Shown here in pieces: positions 62,501 through 64,000 of a stretch of DNA of 64,000 bases. The translations under genes and the position numbers were made by a program. Source of the DNA: a virus; the IMG/VR virus record IMGVR_UViG_3300020234_000021, one strand, 5' to 3'. The notes below the pieces were generated by a model. That model saw only the letters and a program-made list of their open reading frames with translations, was not told where the DNA came from and ran no database searches. The stretch's first letter is position 1, and the number at the start of each line of letters is the position of its first letter.

Positions 62501-64000
62501 CTGTGCCTCGATCTTGTTCAACAGGTCGTTGACAGTCGCGTCCTCGGGGAGGTAGCCCTCCTCGACCAGTTCCTCGCGCAGGCTGTCGATGCTCCCGTGT
62601 TTTGCATTTTCTGCCGGGAACACCCGCGAAGTACCCTCACGCTTCTGGACCTTCATATCCGCGACGTCGAATCCCTCGGTCTCCGCGACCTCTCGGCTCA
62701 GGCCGCCGAGTTTGGCCATCGCCTGGAACAAGGTGTCCGACTGCGGGTTGACCTTCTTCGAGTCGGCCGGTGCCACCGTCGATAGCTCCTTGGCCTTGCC
62801 CTCCAGGTTGGCCCGCATTTCCGCGTCCTGGATCCTCTCGTCGCCTTCGAGCTCCGGCGAGATCCCTGGCTCCAGCACCTCGGGCATGACCTTGGCCGGC
62901 GGCTCCCAGGCACGCCAACCCCCACCCTCCTCGGTGGGCACCATGCTGCGAGCGCTGGGCGGCGCTATCTCCGCGCTACCTGATCGCAACCCGATGTCAA
63001 CGCGCTCGCGCTTCCGGTCCTGCATGGCGGCGTCGGCAGAATCTATGTTCCGCCCGTAGTCCCAGGTGATCGTCGGATTCATGGTGGTCTCGCCGTCCGA
63101 GATCTCGGTCGTTTCGAGCTCGGCGGCCACCTCCTGGAGCGCGGTTTCGATTTCTTCCCGTTCGTAGCCGGTAACGAAGAACTCGTCACCAGACTTGTGG
63201 TACGCGCTGATGTCTTTGTCTGCCAGGGCCAGGCCTACCGCATCGAGGAGCTCATCGCCGCGCGGGCTGCCCATCTGCTTGTTGACCCAGCCCAGGGAGT
63301 CCACGTCGATCGCCACGATGATGGGCGGATCCTCGGATTTGATGTCCTCCTGGAGTGCGCGCCAGTTCGCCAGGCCGCCCTTGCCACTCTGGTAGATCTC
63401 CTGCTGGCGCTCCTCGGGTGTCATCGCCTCGACTCGGGCCCGGCGCTTGGCATCGCGGCGCCGATCGACGCCCGTCCAGTCGCCCGCCTTCACCTCCGAG
63501 AGTCGCTTCTGGATGTCCCCCAGCGCCCTCCGGCCCTTCGGCAGCATCGCCGCTCGACCCACGTCATTGACCCTGACATAGCCCAGCTCGACCAGCGCTT
63601 CCTGCATGTCCGGTTTCAGCGGGTCGCCGGCCTGTAGCGCCTCCAACTCCTCCACAACCATGCTCATCGTGGTGTGGTCGTCGCCCCACTCGTCTGCCAG
63701 GCTGGGCCCCTCATCGGGCGCATCTGTCTCTGGCGAGGACTCACCCTCAATCGACTGCAAGATCCGTTGGTTTTCGCGCTCCCGCCAGGCCTTCATCTCC
63801 TCGGGTGTGCCACCTGGTGTGTCAACGTCGTCGGACGGTGGTGGCGGTGGCGGATCGGTGGGATCGATCGGGTTCTCCGGATCCACCGCAGGTCTGCCTT
63901 TGCGATCCTCGACGTCGGCCTTGGGTGGCATGACCGGCTTGTCCGGCTGCATCGCATCAACGGCCGCAGGCACCCCCCGCAGCGTCATGCCGATCGTTGC
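53579..64000 (-). CDS. Giant polyvalent (probable injected virion) protein, >3,470 aa, open at window edge
   Basis: The frame stays open from 63988 to 64000. Motifs: SGDEF (63179-63193), HhH-like TIDTH/LQSIVW, ART-like WHGS...GEG..AYGWGYY, HEAVGH (57806-57823), RadC HNHPSG..PS..D (57140-57154), degenerate second RadC, LPD38-like PKPFEVG.FF...PER. Confidence 0.85.
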   Translation of the reverse strand, partial: ATIGMTLRGVPAAVDAMQPDKPVMPPKADVEDRKGRPAVDPENPIDPTDPPPPPPSDDVDTPGGTPEEMKAWRERENQRILQSIEGESSPETDAPDEGPSLADEWGDDHTTMSMVVEELEALQAGDPLKPDMQEALVELGYVRVNDVGRAAMLPKGRRALGDIQKRLSEVKAGDWTGVDRRRDAKRRARVEAMTPEERQQEIYQSGKGGLANWRALQEDIKSEDPPIIVAIDVDSLGWVNKQMGSPRGDELLDAVGLALADKDISAYHKSGDEFFVTGYEREEIETALQEVAAELETTEISDGETTMNPTITWDYGRNIDSADAAMQDRKRERVDIGLRSGSAEIAPPSARSMVPTEEGGGWRAWEPPAKVMPEVLEPGISPELEGDERIQDAEMRANLEGKAKELSTVAPADSKKVNPQSDTLFQAMAKLGGLSREVAETEGFDVADMKVQKREGTSRVFPAENAKHGSIDSLREELVEEGYLPEDATVNDLLNKIEAQIRGEDQYAPSVDFASITPEWFGDESGRLTPRAGQKAIERALAGEHLGSREATFIKDVMDEITRTKTEDAYGQQALDDTPNAFVDLQGGIADDPNLTSDEAADKAFGAVKTIHDALTEGVAVEEIEEAIDAAAVEITEPAEGATEEGADTGPSAQEEGDDAGRPEGAKTGELTDVFQETKARMQAALEGLSMNQLQEVLRKSGLRASANDDVQRRVDRAITAREASDVLNQFDTEVEIYEAVDSGAISKEQLWEWHKATRKGSAAENSPENTHQNLAKVLSWATTWKAIKIKRPKGALPLYLQTKRTGGLEITTQMREVMRLRDELIDESADAPEEQGGRFLEQFRKELGESGLAEMQVDLSRGLRPADVLADYYQISPEEWSTLRFDSDAAPLEYGAIAVEVFQEEIENRVGRDIELDETALAAVETDIKKQRAEGVNSMTAAIVAYRNAGAITTEEAQILREFTPTEGIPETEDEFLARRKEELKEVSVDDEQAELDFQAITLGMLDAQSDLPMTPEAPEGYDPRSFVLLYREGYEKAKALGEEPADKVPMGLEVSRKYPDLVAMSEPEIADSMNAKELGALVLAIGGPRGTKPENALFLRRLYDQVRSIDALNLEALDDPTTATKAERDDLRDMKTSIRQGSMRRFKPGHPNIYKPGRSLEEWRDSLIKWRAKMISFIEADEGPLESVDRFRRPDARQISARLPWTPLKGPISAVARFLNVGIDAARTDMRAMAKNVKVVNRYLGIRSERNATPEEGAQNFIDHVAGNLTWLYNQVPAEIRDRSQKWYEGANRIAKRFARQYGVSETTAAAVLAAVSPQNDWGNNVAMAERILSIWTTQQDTVADTAVQGMLDQNLPTQQQGWHLERLKTLPLKELAPFEQAMWVRSYSEAYHNPGFFMPTPEGNFAPSLSIAEPDGLAMGTMRWKSFKSIAKALQILDDPRVDTISAVVGKAQKVRSFYNNIINPNGAGQDVTIDTHAVAAALLRPLGQANIEVQQNFGDAKGSADSGPTGLKGAYWLYAEGYRQAARELGLQPRELQSIVWEASRAMFANKHPQAQRRADGIWKRYENGTIEADKAREMILAASGDPGRSDLGGLEATGTTSYQGELPRSGVGRRAGGTGARGRSGAARRTALESLDDPGLRGWHGSGSIYSAVDIAAVGSGEGNIAYGWGYYATTSKGIGGHYRHQTSQPGARIQVGDVSIDIGSDATFDQRQTNLDTLQAALKDQGIEASETAVAWYAVIVESARGVRIDVGTRIRNLLNTQQGHKRRAEGDQATQIEMLPTSDRILGGQTRLEAIDQAIVDLTQMLVINDNTTTESPGRLYEVGFDLSPDQIMNWDIPLENQPEILAKIPADFRSDLEDWLGDETNEVPDLAVYTGRELYSVIKRSIDYQYIGEALPAVQAKFDEIEARAQQFGGLNPRWETDMLASLLLSSFDIQGHRYLGHGTQAENFVIYDDASIRILGFSSKELDIIEGRDSPGQTVEDVEALVSELTENWADDAPNVTVVQSGTDLPVARGQQAQDRTFTSGMIVGDQIYLVADRMFDDAKVRSVLMHEAVGHAMMMRRGDFDQIIADIIGNTSDSIIATVRAAVQARYNVPGRKPLSPQREAAEILAVLAERNPTLPLVKRAITAVRKLLRSLGFDLTFTDADIVGALHDAAKAIEDGDVRVELTKETFEVMAQDLRDIYSMHVDNVTTQKIKVPIGKAVRSTRDAALVMRELLKFAQENLVALVLDVNDKPLALLRHQMGRTDAAAIEPHILAGAILSVPGAAKFYMGHNHPSGSDEPSSADINLTVSFALYFGDGMFLDTHVEPLPHIVIGNDDPNVFSEIDPEGYVTRSRPVGKERKNKQTIEVQERIITYRDLSERDVMSSSQRVIDQWRRSETKDYGVMLLDTRNHVVAWIPLTAGEQISLRLGQEQSGKTRLLIGSHRGNANAMVPIAPMGDAGRKAMANMIAFGNAIGLRVIDGIQVSETESLSWVGAGLVGPNETYMSEDRPPDMNPEEARALEEMGKRIGSKVGPTGIRQLIASAMAVTRRELDQGIFDRFSGLKNALTDAGEDIGAYMTARFSTGLDTVMHSIMKYGPPAWKDGVTTTGGKGFLEIMDPIRGKIDDWNKYMAGTRAKRLLMEGYDDNSDVINNELAGRGRPQTKEAAFTLMLEEGPDGGFVRDMVIQAGREKNFTPEMINAAVNLGFRNPEFREVAREYAEFHKAVLDYAQEAGVIDPETRPFWEHADYVPFWRIQDDRVVGPIKAGGRGVVDQKSGVKYLKGGEMGIGNVFDNIVANMTHLVDASLKNKAAMETVDALKGTGLVRKAKYKISKAMVPGSELKKIMREAGIDPDTIDPKVTKGLRKMTSIGRPEGDNVFSILRDGQREWYETDDKLLFRAISNINMRAFGKITRFMRGFKRFFTQTITLAPDFIIRNFERDLLSSFVISRDHYEPITSAMKGFGEVMRENETYRSMLSAGAAFDQGYVNFTDAASAGERVRKKAKMGKDVFILDAPGKLFEAYKKLSNAAENANRVAVYNAAIKAGRSKKQAAFEAKDLMDFSMGGDYGLIQWLIQVVPFMGARMQGIHRLARGAGENPMAFAIKGSMLMLATLALYGMNRDDERYQQLTDVQKDLYWHWWVGDDHYALPKPFEVGAFFGTLPERITERMMSQEGDANKILLKRLWFMIMETFSFNPIPQAVRPVVESGMNMNFFRSSDIVRAFEEGTLPADQYRYYTSPTMRELAQNIPEWMTRGAVGEKVGSPLHLENLYAGYTGTLGRYALQASDQLMRAYSDKYAPGPEWELENYPVIQAFYHGDQPRASGYQEPYYDLLRQITRVKGSLVKMEREEREERFDEIESEFAQVVDVFEDVAGIQKQIRALNKEMGETWIDKDMSPAKKREEINQMQREKNALFKEGYQFRPGGAENRPRQPKKDDYQKLLLEFGAADLPAEIQDRAPATADMVREILDQRVMGLARR

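Noticed and set aside
1-64000. tRNA genes, CRISPR arrays, group II intron or DGR reverse transcriptase, integrase, DNA polymerase
   Set aside because: I found no T-loop/cloverleaf in intergenic gaps, no repeat-spacer array, and no YxDD RT, recombinase or polymerase motifs by eye. They could lie in the missing genome segment.

Overview
The window is most of a GC-rich (~60%) tailed-phage genome of podovirus type, probably infecting a proteobacterium (inferred from csrA and an SSB ending in DDDIPF). A long minus-strand virion operon runs from ~32.9 kb to position 1: terS, a ~15 kb accessory island, terL, a P22-like portal, GroES, scaffold, major capsid, adaptors and tail genes. A plus-strand early island (33.0-37.4 kb) holds small ORFs, a Spo11/Top6A-like Toprim protein, an HTH protein and a DUF932-type protein. 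A minus-strand replication block (37.5-47 kb) holds a DUF1064 nuclease, Ref-like protein, primase, SF2 helicase and HTH. A plus-strand recombination block (47.2-52.2 kb) holds a Rad52-like annealase, Gp157, CsrA and SSB. The right end is a minus-strand >3,470-aa polyvalent protein followed by a lysis cassette. Both window edges cut minus-strand virion genes. I saw no integrase, DNA polymerase, tRNA, CRISPR array or reverse transcriptase. Best leads: (1) the giant protein combines an SGDEF-variant GGDEF cyclase domain with HhH-like, ART-like, metallopeptidase, tandem RadC/JAB and LPD38 domains; (2) a CTGAC-N3-GTCAGG operator sits at the same position in two sigma70-like promoters, and one of these starts a GGA-hairpin RNA that could pair with the phage's own CsrA; (3) a covarying GAGT hairpin precedes both plus-strand operons; (4) the terS-terL island carries a SPOUT-like methyltransferase, two HxH 2OG-Fe(II) oxygenases, a Gp49-family fusion, protamine-like peptides and large acidic proteins. 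All family calls come from motif recognition by eye; no database search was run.
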